A stretch of 64,000 nucleotides of DNA from an uncultured Muribaculaceae bacterium (GCA_949742535.1 CATJQX010000095.1:13-64012); one strand, 5' to 3'; positions 1 through 10,566 are shown, counted from the first letter of the stretch. Notes: a model not told the origin generated them from the letters alone. Numbers and translations: made by a program.

Positions 1-112
1 GCCTGATCCTGCACGGTGTATTATTTCGTCCGGAAAAGTGAAATAAAGTAAAAACGAAGGATACCGGAATGTTTTTTGACAGACGGATTGATGGTATCTG
101 AATTGATTGTCG

Positions 113-120
113 TATCTTTG
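113..120 (+). promoter_or_regulatory. Bacteroidetes sigmaA -7 element (TATCTTTG) for the nrnA operon
   Basis: Matches TAnnTTTG, 38 nt upstream of the ATG at 159. Confidence 0.6.
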
Positions 121-158
121 TGTGTTAAAAACCGCAGAGATACGATTTTTTTATCAAA

Positions 159-1196
159 ATGCTCAGAAATATAATTGACAAAGATCAGTTGCAGGATTTG
201 GATGAGCTTCTGGTCACTTCACGCAATATAGTGATTACCTGCCATCTCTCGCCTGACGGAGATGCAATGGGTTCATCTCTCGGCTTGCGTCGCGCGCTGT
301 GGAAGATGGGTAAGAAAGCCAGGGTGATCACTCCCGATACCCCTCCCAAATATCTGTCGTTTTTGCCAGGTGCGGAAGATATAGTGATTTTCTCACGTTC
401 TGAAGAGTTCGCTAAAAAACAGATGGCAAATGCCGATCTGATTTTTTGTCTGGACTATAACGAGCCAAAGCGTATAGACCATATGGAGGAAGCGATGATA
501 GCGTCTCCTGCAAAGAAAGTGATGATAGACCATCACCTGCATCCCGATCCGTTTCCCGATGTGGTGATTTCCCACCCGGAACAAAGTTCCACCTCCGTTC
601 TGGTTTACCGTGTGCTTATGGCGCTTGGTATGGGAGAATGTATAGACAGCAACTGTGCTGAATGCCTCTTTACCGGCATGATGACCGATACGGGTAATTT
701 CTCTTATAATTCAAATGATCCGGATCTTTACGAGGTTGTAGCTGATCTCATCCGGCGTGGAATAGACAAGGATGTGATTTACCGTAAGGTTTATTTCTCC
801 AATTCCCTCAACCGGTTGCGTCTGAACGGATACGCGATGCTCAACAATCTGACTGTCTTTCCCGAACACAGGGCGGCTCTGATAACACTGACACGCAAGG
901 AGCTTAATGAATTCCAGTATCAGAAAGGCGATACCGAAGATCTGGTAAACAAACCGCTTACGATGCCAGATGTGGTGTATTCGGTGTTCCTGCGTGAAGA
1001 AGACGGATATGTAAAGGTGTCGTCGCGCAGCAAGGGGGAGTTCCCGGTGAATCTAATGTGCAAGGAGCATTTCAACGGCGGGGGACACCTGAATGCCGCC
1101 GGGGGAGAATTTTATGGAACGATGGAGGAAGCCGTCGAGGTTTTTGGCGAGCTGATGCCTCATTTCGACAAATATCTTCCCGCAGACAACAAGTAA
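159..1196 (+). CDS. nrnA: DHH/DHHA1 phosphoesterase, bifunctional oligoribonuclease/pAp phosphatase
   Basis: HLSPDGDAMGS, IDHH, TDTGNF and GGGHLNAAG motifs. Confidence 0.88.
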   Translation: MLRNIIDKDQLQDLDELLVTSRNIVITCHLSPDGDAMGSSLGLRRALWKMGKKARVITPDTPPKYLSFLPGAEDIVIFSRSEEFAKKQMANADLIFCLDYNEPKRIDHMEEAMIASPAKKVMIDHHLHPDPFPDVVISHPEQSSTSVLVYRVLMALGMGECIDSNCAECLFTGMMTDTGNFSYNSNDPDLYEVVADLIRRGIDKDVIYRKVYFSNSLNRLRLNGYAMLNNLTVFPEHRAALITLTRKELNEFQYQKGDTEDLVNKPLTMPDVVYSVFLREEDGYVKVSSRSKGEFPVNLMCKEHFNGGGHLNAAGGEFYGTMEEAVEVFGELMPHFDKYLPADNK

Positions 1197-1202
1197 CTAA
1201 TT

Positions 1203-1844
1203 ATGAAAACTGATATAATGAGTTTCAATTCCTTAAAGCCGGGACTTCCGGTGCTGGGGGTAGCTCTTGCCGGACTGTCCATGCTGACAACATCATGCAA
1301 CGACGGTAAAAGCTACGCCGATCTTCTGAACGATGAGGCCAAGGCGGTCAATACTTTTCTGGCCGACCAGAATGTGATACTTGACCTCCCTAAAGATAAT
1401 GATTTTATCATTGGGGAAGATGCTCCTTTTTACCGTCTTGACGAGGAAGGTAATGTGTATATGCAGGTGCTCAGCAAAGGTGATACTGAGATGATGGCCG
1501 AAGATGACGATCTGGTATATTTCCGTTTTACCCGCAGCAGTCTCTATACATATGATCCCGAAGACGGTGAGTTCTCCGAAGGATGGGGAAATTCGGAGGA
1601 TCTTTCGGTAGGATCCGCCTCATTCCGTTTCAACAACTACAGTCTTAGCAGTTCTGCGCAATGGGGCTCGGGACTACAGGCGCCGTTGCTGTATCTGGGG
1701 ATGTACTGCCGTGTAAATCTTGTCATTAAATCTCAGTATGGCCTTAGCAACGAGATCTCGCAGGTAGTGCCGTTCTACTATTACGATGTGCGTTATTTCC
1801 CGCCAGCCTCGAGCGGAGAATTCGATCAAGAAGAAAATCAGTAA
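1203..1844 (+). CDS. DUF4827-like lipoprotein
   Basis: Lipobox TTSC followed by KSYADLL..E; VYMQV..G and FKBP-like C-terminal region; typical neighbour of nrnA and glmM in Bacteroidales. Confidence 0.7.
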   Translation: MKTDIMSFNSLKPGLPVLGVALAGLSMLTTSCNDGKSYADLLNDEAKAVNTFLADQNVILDLPKDNDFIIGEDAPFYRLDEEGNVYMQVLSKGDTEMMAEDDDLVYFRFTRSSLYTYDPEDGEFSEGWGNSEDLSVGSASFRFNNYSLSSSAQWGSGLQAPLLYLGMYCRVNLVIKSQYGLSNEISQVVPFYYYDVRYFPPASSGEFDQEENQ

Positions 1845-1882
1845 TATTTCAAGAATATAAATAAAGTTTTACAGTTTTCCAT

Positions 1883-3268
1883 ATGTCACTGATCAAATCA
1901 ATTTCCGGTATCCGCGGAACCATAGGCGGTCGCCCCGGCGAAGGTCTAAGTCCTCTGGATGTCGTCAAATTCACAGCAGCGTATGCCGCGTTTATACGTA
2001 AAAGTTCGGAATGTGCATCAAATCTGATTGTGGTCGGTCGTGATGCGCGGGTTTCGGGACCGATGGTCGACAGCCTCGTGTGCGCCACTCTTACAGGTAT
2101 GGGATTCGATGTGGTAAACATCGGGCTTGCCTCCACTCCTACGACAGAGGTTGCCGTGACCGGCATGAAAGCATGTGGCGGCATAATACTTACGGCATCG
2201 CATAACCCAGCGCAGTGGAACGCGCTTAAACTCCTTAATTCCGACGGAGAATTCCTTAATGACAAGCAGGGGAAAGAGGTTCTGGCCATTGCGGAGGCCG
2301 AAGATTTTGAATTCGCGACATATGACCGTATCGGAACCATTCTTACGGATCAGACCTGGAACAGACGTCACATCGAGCAGGTTCTCGGCCTAAGGCTTGT
2401 TGACCGCGATGCTATTGCCAATGCGAATTTCACTGTGGCGGTAGACGCTGTAAATTCCGTCGGCGGCATTGTAATACCTCAGCTTCTGCGTGCACTCGGG
2501 GTAAAGAACATTGTAGAACTGAACTGTGAGGCTACCGGCCGTTTCGCGCATACACCGGAACCCATTCCAGAAAACCTTACCCAGATATCTGCGCTTATGG
2601 CAGAGGGCAAGGCAGATGTGGGATTCGTAGTGGATCCTGATGTGGACCGTCTGGCTATCGTAATGGAAAATGGCGAGATGTTTGTGGAGGAATATACCCT
2701 TGTAGCTGTTGCCGATTATATCCTTCGCCATACCCCAGGCGCCACAGTGTCAAACCTCAGCAGCTCGCGTGCACTCGGCGATGTGACACGTGCCCATGGC
2801 TGTGAATATAATGCGGCCGCTGTGGGTGAGGTGAATGTAGTAACAAAAATGAAGGAAACCGGTGCCGTAATAGGTGGCGAGGGCAACGGCGGAGTTATCT
2901 ATCCCGAAGCCCATTATGGCCGCGACGCCCTCGTTGGTGTGGCTCTTTTCCTGACATTGCTTGCAAAAAGCGGCAAAAAGGTCAGCGAACTCAAAAAAGA
3001 ATATCCCCAGTATGCGATTGCCAAGAACAAGATCCAGCTTACACCGGATATTGATGTGGATGCGATACTGGCTGCGATGAAGGAAAAGTATTCTTCAGAA
3101 AAAATCACAGACATAGACGGCGTGAAGATAGACTTCAAGGATTCCTGGGTGCACCTGCGCAAGTCTAACACAGAACCGATCATACGCATCTATGCCGAGG
3201 CGCATACTATGGAAGAGGCCGAGGCGCTCGCAGACAATGTAAAACAGGTTATGGCATCTATGGCCTGA
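1883..3268 (+). CDS. glmM: Phosphoglucosamine mutase
   Basis: SISGIRG, catalytic TASHNP, metal loop DPDVDR, GGEGNGG. Confidence 0.9.
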   Translation: MSLIKSISGIRGTIGGRPGEGLSPLDVVKFTAAYAAFIRKSSECASNLIVVGRDARVSGPMVDSLVCATLTGMGFDVVNIGLASTPTTEVAVTGMKACGGIILTASHNPAQWNALKLLNSDGEFLNDKQGKEVLAIAEAEDFEFATYDRIGTILTDQTWNRRHIEQVLGLRLVDRDAIANANFTVAVDAVNSVGGIVIPQLLRALGVKNIVELNCEATGRFAHTPEPIPENLTQISALMAEGKADVGFVVDPDVDRLAIVMENGEMFVEEYTLVAVADYILRHTPGATVSNLSSSRALGDVTRAHGCEYNAAAVGEVNVVTKMKETGAVIGGEGNGGVIYPEAHYGRDALVGVALFLTLLAKSGKKVSELKKEYPQYAIAKNKIQLTPDIDVDAILAAMKEKYSSEKITDIDGVKIDFKDSWVHLRKSNTEPIIRIYAEAHTMEEAEALADNVKQVMASMA

Positions 3269-3320
3269 TAACCGATAAATCCATCTGTATGCGTGGCGTT
3301 GAGGCCGTCAAGTCAGGCCG

Positions 3321-4325
3321 ATGCGTCACGCATATTTTTTAATCATCATCTTTATGTTCGGATCGATAAAAAGGCATATGGCATATGTGGCGGCTTTCAT
3401 AATGCTTCTGCTGCAGTGCAATCCTGTATTGTGGGCCGGGAACAATTGGGCTTTGGTGAGGGTCTCGGTGGCAAACGTCCGCGAGAAACCCGGACATGCG
3501 GCAGAACTCGGATCACAGGTGATAATGGGAACTCCGCTGAAAGTGACAGGAAGCGAGGGCGACTGGCTGCGCATAGAGACGCCGGAAGGCTACAAAGGGT
3601 ATATAATAAAAAACTCTGTTCGACTGAAATCAGACGAGGAGATGGCTCGGTGGCGCTTGGCCGACAGGATAACTGTAAGTTCTTTTGATCAGACTTATAT
3701 ATACGATGGTGATGCGGCTTCGGCTGGAGATACACGCGATATGCTTGCCATGCACCGTGTGACAGATGTCGTTAATGGGTCTGTATTGGAAACAGGCGGT
3801 GTGCCTGCTGATGGATTCTGTGCGGTGAAACTTCCTGACGGAAGGGCGGGCTATATACGTCTGGAAGATGTAACTCTTCTGAGGCAGCGTGGTGCCGCAC
3901 AGGTAAACATGGACGATATTATCGGATTTGCAATGCGTCTGAACGGCACACCATATCTGTGGGGCGGCACATCGTCAAAATCCATGGACTGTTCCGGTCT
4001 GACCAAAATCGCGTTCCTGTCGCAGGGGGTCATTCTGCCACGCAACGCGTCGCAGCAGGCGAAAATCGGAGCGCCGGTGTCGGATGCGTCACGGTACCGT
4101 AAGGGCGATCTCCTGTTTTTCGGAAATCCGTCAACGGGGCGTGTGAACCATGTCGGCATGTACATCGGCGACAACCATTTTGTACATTGTGCCGGACGTG
4201 TGATGGTTAGCTCGCTCGAACCATCCGACAAAGACTATATCGATCTTGACCTTCTCGGTGTGCGGCGTCTGTCGGAAGAGGATTTCAGACAGATGTCTGT
4301 GAACAGCCATTCATGGTATTTCTGA
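3321..4325 (+). CDS. SH3b + NlpC/P60 cell-wall peptidase (YkfC/dipeptidyl-peptidase VI-like); true start may be a downstream Met
   Basis: Signal peptide, SH3b-like repeats, PYLWGG..DCSG, NHVG, FVHC triad. Confidence 0.85.
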   Translation: MRHAYFLIIIFMFGSIKRHMAYVAAFIMLLLQCNPVLWAGNNWALVRVSVANVREKPGHAAELGSQVIMGTPLKVTGSEGDWLRIETPEGYKGYIIKNSVRLKSDEEMARWRLADRITVSSFDQTYIYDGDAASAGDTRDMLAMHRVTDVVNGSVLETGGVPADGFCAVKLPDGRAGYIRLEDVTLLRQRGAAQVNMDDIIGFAMRLNGTPYLWGGTSSKSMDCSGLTKIAFLSQGVILPRNASQQAKIGAPVSDASRYRKGDLLFFGNPSTGRVNHVGMYIGDNHFVHCAGRVMVSSLEPSDKDYIDLDLLGVRRLSEEDFRQMSVNSHSWYF

Positions 4326-4353
4326 TACCTGATATCGTTTTTGATTAAACATT

Positions 4354-4394
4354 ACGCCCCCGGAAACCGACTGGTATGGCATTTCCGGGGGCGT
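4354..4394. terminator. GC-rich hairpin between convergent genes
   Basis: ACGCCCCCGGAAA...TTTCCGGGGGCGT, 13-bp inverted repeat. Confidence 0.65.
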
Positions 4395-4415
4395 CGCTAT
4401 TATGTATTCAGCGCA

Positions 4416-5723
4416 TCAAAGTCTGTTGCTCTGGTAAAAGAGCAGGATGCGGTAGCGCAACAGATATTCATAGTGCGCCTGAATCGATGAAATCTGTGTA
4501 CGGTACAGGTTGTTTTTCGCCTGTTCGAATTCATATGGGGTGGCGCGTCCGAGATTGTATTTCTCTTTTGTGGCTTCGAATGAGAGGGATGTCTTCTCAA
4601 GTGTTTCCTGAGATGCGAAATACCTGTCACGGGCACCGCGAGCCTGATAATATGCGAGTTGTATGGTTTTGAAGAGTTCGGATTGCTGACGGTCGAGTTC
4701 GAGTTCTGCGGAGATTTTCTGCAGGCGTGCTTTCCGCACGGAATTGCGTGTGGAGAATGCATCGAAGATAGGGATCGACAGGCTCACGCTTAGCGAGGTA
4801 GATAAATTGTGGCGCATCTGTTCGCCGAACGGATCACTCTCGTATCCGCTTACGGTATAATAACTCGAGCCTACGCCGGCGCTGAAATTCACTCTCGGCA
4901 TATATCCGCTTTTTGCCAGCGATATGCTCTGGTCAGCCACTTTTATCCCCTGTCTCGATGCGAGAATAGAGTTGTTGTGCAGCAGGGCGGAATTGAATAC
5001 GGCGTCGGAAGTGGGTATGATCGGTTCGCCCTCGTTCAGTGGCAGGATATCGAACCCCACGGCTGTAGGGAGCTGGAGCAAGTTCGCGAGTTCCACAAGC
5101 GCCACCTGTATGTCGTTTTCAGAGTTTACAACCTGAAGTTTGTCTTGTGCCATCTGCGCTTCGGCGTCAAGCAGATCCGCCTCCGCCACTTTCCCGTCCT
5201 CTACGAGCGCCTTCTGACGTCCTACTTCATATGTGGTATGCTCAAGCTGCCGGCGCGCCGACATGCATACTTCTTTGGCATAAAGCACCTGAAGATACTG
5301 GGTAATCACATTCAGGGTTATGTTGTCTTTCACAGCCTCATGCTCGTAAAGCATTTTCTGCAGGTTGGACTTGGCCACTTTCAACTGTCGGTACTCGCTC
5401 ATTCCCTGAAACAGGGGGAGATTCATGGATGCTCCCCACGACAGGTTGGAGGTATTGCGGTTCGCGTATGTGTTGGATGCGGTAAGACCGCGGCCGAAAC
5501 TCACTCCCTCGGAAGCGCTTGCGCTTACCGAAGGGAGGAATCTGTCTTTGGCTTCTGTCACAGAGAGTTCGCCGTCTGTGATATTCAGCAGACTGCTTTT
5601 GACCGTGAAGTTGTTGCTTACGGCATACTCCACACATTGCTCAAGGCTCCAGGTCTCGGCTGACGCCAGACTCCCTACAGACAGAGCCAGGGCAAGAAGG
5701 ATGTTTTTGTATATTGTTCTCAT
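4416..5723 (-). CDS. TolC-family outer membrane efflux protein
   Basis: Signal peptide MRTIYKNILL.., WSLEQCVEYA, two OEP repeats; start chosen at 5723 (alternative 5744). Confidence 0.88.
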   Translation of the reverse strand: MRTIYKNILLALALSVGSLASAETWSLEQCVEYAVSNNFTVKSSLLNITDGELSVTEAKDRFLPSVSASASEGVSFGRGLTASNTYANRNTSNLSWGASMNLPLFQGMSEYRQLKVAKSNLQKMLYEHEAVKDNITLNVITQYLQVLYAKEVCMSARRQLEHTTYEVGRQKALVEDGKVAEADLLDAEAQMAQDKLQVVNSENDIQVALVELANLLQLPTAVGFDILPLNEGEPIIPTSDAVFNSALLHNNSILASRQGIKVADQSISLAKSGYMPRVNFSAGVGSSYYTVSGYESDPFGEQMRHNLSTSLSVSLSIPIFDAFSTRNSVRKARLQKISAELELDRQQSELFKTIQLAYYQARGARDRYFASQETLEKTSLSFEATKEKYNLGRATPYEFEQAKNNLYRTQISSIQAHYEYLLRYRILLFYQSNRL

Positions 5724-5751
5724 CTTGTCTGTGAAAAAGGTCATGAACGGA

Positions 5752-6858
5752 TTATTTATTGTTGACCACATTGCCGCGGAGCTTGCTGTCTTTTGTAAGA
5801 TCACTGTCTTTAATTTCAACCTGTAAACCGTCTGATACTCCTGTATTAACGGCAATGCGGTCAAATTTCTGGGGCTTTTCTTCACCTTTCAGAAGATATA
5901 CAAAAGCGCTGTCTCCATGATATTCAACCACACGTTCGGGCACGGAAAATACATTTTCTGCTTTTTCGAGTATCACTGTGGCGTTGGCGCTGTATCCCGC
6001 ACGCAGTTTTGAGGTGGTCTCGTCGGCTGTGAGCGCGGCTTTTATTTCAAAGGTGTTGGTGCCGTTTTCGTCTGTGGCTATAGGGGCAATTTTCTCTATT
6101 ACCGCACCCAGATCGGATCCGTTGACTGCACCGACTGAAATGCGTGTCGGCATCCCTTCGCTCAGCAGGTCGACCTCTGTCTCGTCCACTTTCCCGACAA
6201 AGATAAGATCTGTCATGTCGGCAACTTTGGCTATGGTGGTGCCGTCGTTGAATGTATTGGCCTGTATTACCGATGTGCCGACTTTTACAGGTACTTCGAG
6301 CACTACTCCGTTGACAGTGGATCTTACAAGGGTATTGGAGCCTTGGGCGTTTGTGGATGATACGCCGTCTCTTACAATGGCAAGCTGATCCTCGGCTTGT
6401 GCAAGCTCGGATTTGGCCTGATTGTAAGCCGCCTCGTCTGCCTCGAATTTCTCGCGGCTTTCGTATTTTTTTTCATACAGGCTTTTGGTGCGCTCATACA
6501 CAAGGCGTTGCTGCTCGAGTGCGATTTTAGCCACGCGCACGCGGTTCTGTGCCGAGGAAAGCTGTGACTCGTCGGGTATAACCTTTATTTTAGCTATGAT
6601 GTCGCCGGTATTTACATGGTCGCCGGCTTCAACCATCACCTCACTGATGATACCCGAAATCTGTGGTTTGATCTCAATCTCATCGCGAGGTTCTATCTTG
6701 CCGGTGAGCACAGTGGTGCGTTCGATTGTATTTTCCGATGGATTCACCAGCTCATATTCCGGCTCTTTTGTTCTTGAATTGAGCACGAGGTAGACGAACG
6801 TTCCGATAAATGCGGCTCCGATCATTACCCACATGAGGATCTTGAAAAACTTTTTCAT
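5752..6858 (-). CDS. Efflux periplasmic adaptor (MacA-like)
   Basis: N-terminal TM, TGKIEP..IKPQISG lipoyl halves, coiled hairpin, VDETEV; start at MKKFFK (6858). Confidence 0.88.
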   Translation of the reverse strand: MKKFFKILMWVMIGAAFIGTFVYLVLNSRTKEPEYELVNPSENTIERTTVLTGKIEPRDEIEIKPQISGIISEVMVEAGDHVNTGDIIAKIKVIPDESQLSSAQNRVRVAKIALEQQRLVYERTKSLYEKKYESREKFEADEAAYNQAKSELAQAEDQLAIVRDGVSSTNAQGSNTLVRSTVNGVVLEVPVKVGTSVIQANTFNDGTTIAKVADMTDLIFVGKVDETEVDLLSEGMPTRISVGAVNGSDLGAVIEKIAPIATDENGTNTFEIKAALTADETTSKLRAGYSANATVILEKAENVFSVPERVVEYHGDSAFVYLLKGEEKPQKFDRIAVNTGVSDGLQVEIKDSDLTKDSKLRGNVVNNK

Positions 6859-6881
6859 TTTATAGTTGTCGTTAGATTGTA

Positions 6882-8132
6882 TTATTTGTCGTTGAGTGCC
6901 TCCACCGGTTTTATCTTCATCGCTTTTGTGGCAGGGATGAGGCCGGCCAATGTGCCAAGTATGATAAATGTTACCATAATTATCAGGGCCTGTCCCGTAT
7001 GCATCTGGAATCGGGGAGTTGATATTTCGTTTGTTGTGAGGTATTGGGCTATTCCGAGAACTGCAGTGGCGAAACATATACCGGCAATACCGGCGACTGC
7101 AGTGAGCATTATCCCTTCCGACAATATCTGTACTATGATATCAGACGGCTTTGCCCCTATTGCACGTCTAATGCCGATTTCCTGTGTGCGTTCCTTTACG
7201 ATCACCCACATTATGTTGCCTATTCCTATAATTCCGGCGAGCAACGTGCTGAATCCGATAAAGAAAGCCAGCAGTGACACACCAAGAAAAAGATTGTCAA
7301 CCATTTCAAACTGTTCGGATACATCGAATATATCGCATGCGGAAAGATCATTGGGCGATATGCTGTGTCTTACAAAAAGCAGTCGTTTTATCTGAGGCTC
7401 TATATCAGATATCTTTACTCCGTCTTTTGCCACCATCATGATTATATCCACTGTGTTGCCGCGACGGAAAGCGCGTCGGTATGTCGAGCTGGGCAGTATG
7501 ATGGATTCATCTATACGTGACCCAAGACTGATCTCATTGGTCTGTCCGGCAATTCCGATTATGCTGTAGGAAATACCGTTGACAAGTATGTCTTTGCCCA
7601 GCGGAGAAGGGTCTCCGGGATAAAGTTCGTTGACAATCTTTTGTCCGACAACAGCCACCTTGCGTTCGAGCGATACATCAGCTTGGTTGATGAACCGGCC
7701 GCTGTATATGGTGGGAGCCATTACATCGCAATATTCCGGTGAAGCCCCGTTCACGTCACCTGAATATGAGTATTTCCCGTTTCTGAAACTGACACCACTA
7801 CTGGTGTATTGTTCCGTGACTGTTTTCAGTGAGGGAAAAGCATCACGGATACGTTCCATGTCTGTAACATCAAGGTTCCAGTATCGTCCTTTCTGATGTC
7901 CCTTGTAGGGGAGCGATGTGGGACTTGTTAAGATTATGGCACTGTTGGTGGCAAATCCGTCGAAGTTTCTCATTAGCATGTCTTTGGCTCCGCGGGCTCC
8001 TCCGAGCAGTATGGCGAGCATGGCTGTTCCCCAGAAAATGCCGAATCCGGTGAGAAACGTGCGCGTCTTGTTTCTGGCGAGTGTCGCTCCGATCTCCTTC
8101 CAGTTTTCTATATTGAATATTGTAAGTTTCAT
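6882..8132 (-). CDS. ABC transporter permease (MacB/FtsX type)
   Basis: NKTRTFLTGFG, GRFIN, VKERTQEIGIRRAIGA, PVEAL. Confidence 0.9.
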   Translation of the reverse strand: MKLTIFNIENWKEIGATLARNKTRTFLTGFGIFWGTAMLAILLGGARGAKDMLMRNFDGFATNSAIILTSPTSLPYKGHQKGRYWNLDVTDMERIRDAFPSLKTVTEQYTSSGVSFRNGKYSYSGDVNGASPEYCDVMAPTIYSGRFINQADVSLERKVAVVGQKIVNELYPGDPSPLGKDILVNGISYSIIGIAGQTNEISLGSRIDESIILPSSTYRRAFRRGNTVDIIMMVAKDGVKISDIEPQIKRLLFVRHSISPNDLSACDIFDVSEQFEMVDNLFLGVSLLAFFIGFSTLLAGIIGIGNIMWVIVKERTQEIGIRRAIGAKPSDIIVQILSEGIMLTAVAGIAGICFATAVLGIAQYLTTNEISTPRFQMHTGQALIIMVTFIILGTLAGLIPATKAMKIKPVEALNDK

Positions 8133-8144
8133 GTGCTGAATTTG

Positions 8145-9368
8145 TTATTCGTCTCTAAGGGCTTCTACCGGTTTTACTTTTATGGCATTTAATGCCGGAA
8201 AAAGTCCGGCGAATGCACCTGCGATAATGAGGACTATTGTCACCTGTATTGCCACGGAAAGGCTTACAGTCGGATTATTTATAAAATCAGTATCGCCGAA
8301 TGCCATGTCAAGAATCTGCGTGACAGCAGTGCCGAGTACAATACCGATATATCCGAACAGAGTGGTTATAGCCACACTCTCTGCGATTACCTGTATGAGA
8401 ATGGAATGCGGTTTGGCACCGATGGCACGTCTTATTCCGATCTCGTGAGTGCGTTCTTTAACGGAGACGAACATTATGTTGCTGATGCCGACCACACCGC
8501 TTAACAGTGTAAGGAGACCGAGTATCCATATCGAGGTGTTCAGGATGTTCATTCCTGCCAGGCCTTTCATGCCCTGCGAGAACTGGTTCCATATCCATAC
8601 TGCGCTTTCGTCGTCGGGGTTGAAATCATGTCTGGCGGCAAGCGTCTTGCGAAGCTCTTTCTCTGCCTTGTTGCCATCTTCTTCTGTTGAGACATTTTTC
8701 AGAAGCACGCTAACGCTTCCGAGGCGGTCGTTATTCCCGGCAAGCATTTTGGCCGTTGTGAAAGGTATATATATGTTGCGGCTCCAACGTGCCGTGTACA
8801 CTCCGATTACTTTGAAGGATAACCCGCTTATATTCACATATTTGCCGAGGCCGTCATCGTCGGGAAACAAGCGTTGCTCGTCTCGTTCGGGTATAACTAT
8901 GACTTTTGCCTGTGTTGACATGTCCCTGTCGTTGATGAAACGCCCTTTTGACATAGTTTTGTTGCCGCCAGACGAATTGAATTCCGATGGATATACACCG
9001 ATATAGCTTGCTGTAATAGAGCGTGTTCCGGCCGAGATAGTAGGGTTGCTGCCGTATATCGTAGAGTTCGCATCAGATACAAAATCGTTGTGCTCGGTTT
9101 CTATCTGGCTTATGTCGCCGGACTTCAGTGGTATATCGCGTCCTTCACGATAACCGTGGTAAGGTTTTGAAGTGCGCCCTCCCCAGATACTGATTTTTTG
9201 TGAGCCGGGTTTCGTTACTTCCTCACGGAATGAGTTTGTGACTCCGTTTCCCATTCCGAGCAATACAATGAGCATGAAAATACCCCATGCTACAGCAAAG
9301 CCTGTCAGGGTAGTGCGTAGTTTGTTGTGCTGTAGGGTCTGTAATATTTCGTGAAATAAATCGAACAC
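8145..9368 (-). CDS. ABC transporter permease (MacB/FtsX type), second paralog, GTG start
   Basis: NKLRTTLTGF, VKERTHEIGIRRAIGA, KPVEALRDE. Confidence 0.9.
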   Translation of the reverse strand: MFDLFHEILQTLQHNKLRTTLTGFAVAWGIFMLIVLLGMGNGVTNSFREEVTKPGSQKISIWGGRTSKPYHGYREGRDIPLKSGDISQIETEHNDFVSDANSTIYGSNPTISAGTRSITASYIGVYPSEFNSSGGNKTMSKGRFINDRDMSTQAKVIVIPERDEQRLFPDDDGLGKYVNISGLSFKVIGVYTARWSRNIYIPFTTAKMLAGNNDRLGSVSVLLKNVSTEEDGNKAEKELRKTLAARHDFNPDDESAVWIWNQFSQGMKGLAGMNILNTSIWILGLLTLLSGVVGISNIMFVSVKERTHEIGIRRAIGAKPHSILIQVIAESVAITTLFGYIGIVLGTAVTQILDMAFGDTDFINNPTVSLSVAIQVTIVLIIAGAFAGLFPALNAIKVKPVEALRDE

Positions 9369-9452
9369 TTGTAATGTGATATTGAATGGTTAAATAACCG
9401 TGGATGATTAAAGATGGTGTAGCCAGGCAGTGTGCGAATACACTTCCGATAT

Positions 9453-10112
9453 TTAAAGTATCACCCCGTCGGAGATTCTGATAAGCCTGTCTGTCTGGTT
9501 GCCTACACCGGGGTCGTGTGTCACGATAATCGTGGTTATGCCGTCCTGCCTGTTAAGCTCTTTGAACAGTTCCATCACTTCATGCGATGTCTTGCTATCC
9601 AGCGCACCGGTTGGCTCGTCGGCAAGTATTATCGAGGGATTTGTTATAAGCGCGCGTGCTATTGCCACTCGCTGCTTCTGGCCTCCGGAAAGCTCTCCCG
9701 GAAGATGGTGCGCCCTGTCGGCCAGACCGAGTTTTTCAAGCTGTTCCATAGCCAGAAGGTTTCGTTTCCTTCTTCCTACCCCCTGGTAAAACAATGGCAA
9801 TGATACATTTTCAATGGCGTTCTTGTAATTGATCAGATTGAACGACTGGAATACGAAGCCGATCATCTTGTTTCTGTATTCAGCAGCTTTGTTTTCCGAG
9901 AGGTTTTTGATCAGAGTGCCGTCGAGGCGATACTCCCCGGTGTCATAGTTGTCCAATATTCCAAGAATATTTAGCAATGTAGATTTTCCGGAACCGGAGG
10001 CTCCCATTATTGATACGAGCTCCCCTTTGGCAATTTCGAGATTTATGCCTTTGAGCACATGGAGCGGCACTGCGCCGGGATATGTCTTGTTTACATCCTT
10101 CAAAGAAATCAT
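9453..10112 (-). CDS. ABC transporter ATP-binding protein (MacB/LolD type)
   Basis: Walker A GASGSGKS, LSGGQ, ADEPTGALD. Confidence 0.93.
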   Translation of the reverse strand: MISLKDVNKTYPGAVPLHVLKGINLEIAKGELVSIMGASGSGKSTLLNILGILDNYDTGEYRLDGTLIKNLSENKAAEYRNKMIGFVFQSFNLINYKNAIENVSLPLFYQGVGRRKRNLLAMEQLEKLGLADRAHHLPGELSGGQKQRVAIARALITNPSIILADEPTGALDSKTSHEVMELFKELNRQDGITTIIVTHDPGVGNQTDRLIRISDGVIL

Positions 10113-10307
10113 ACTTATGTTTCAGAGTGTCAGCGCAGCCTGTGCGGATGCGCGTTTATGTTGTTAGATTGTTTAGCGGAGAGTGTTTAGGCGATTTATT
10201 CAGTGTTGTTCTGATAATGACATTCGTTAGACGATGATAGGGCGCATAAAGTTGCAATTGACATCAAGTTTTTTTATCCTCCTCTTGTCTATTTAAACTC
10301 TAATGCG

Positions 10308-10315
10308 TAAATTTG
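10308..10315 (+). promoter_or_regulatory. -7 promoter element (TAAATTTG) driving a non-coding transcript
   Basis: TAnnTTTG followed by a structured region with no long ORF on this strand. Confidence 0.65.
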
Positions 10316-10324
10316 CGTTATAAA

Positions 10325-10460
10325 AGCAAAAGGAGAACGGCGGTTTTCCTTCCCAAGCCAATGAAATAATGCCACACCAAAGTTGATTGGGAAACTCATC
10401 AAATTTTTATGAAATACCGAGACAAACTCTGCTGCCTGATGGCGGGCCCCATTCTCCTTG
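10325..10460 (+). ncRNA. Structured intergenic sRNA (multi-way junction); from memory resembles a conserved ~140-nt Bacteroidales sRNA (BTnc201/MasB-like), family unconfirmed
   Basis: Closing stem AAGGAGAA(C)GG/CC(A)TTCTCCTT; internal stems GGC..GCC, CAAAGTT/AACTCTG, TTGAT/ATCAA, CTGCC/GGCGG; own promoter. Confidence 0.6.
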
Positions 10461-10566
10461 TGAGAATTTCATTCATATGAAACAGGCGGATTACAAAGGG
10501 TAGCGAGAACTCAAAACCTGTCTTTCGGAGTTTCATCGCATCCTTTGATGTGGCAACTTATAGACG

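Noticed and set aside
4809-5663. 284-aa plus-strand ORF and many other antisense ORFs (e.g. 13712-14473, 24014-24733, 38791-39711, 61309-61995)
   Set aside because: They lie fully antisense to well-supported genes and have no recognisable motifs; they are shadow ORFs
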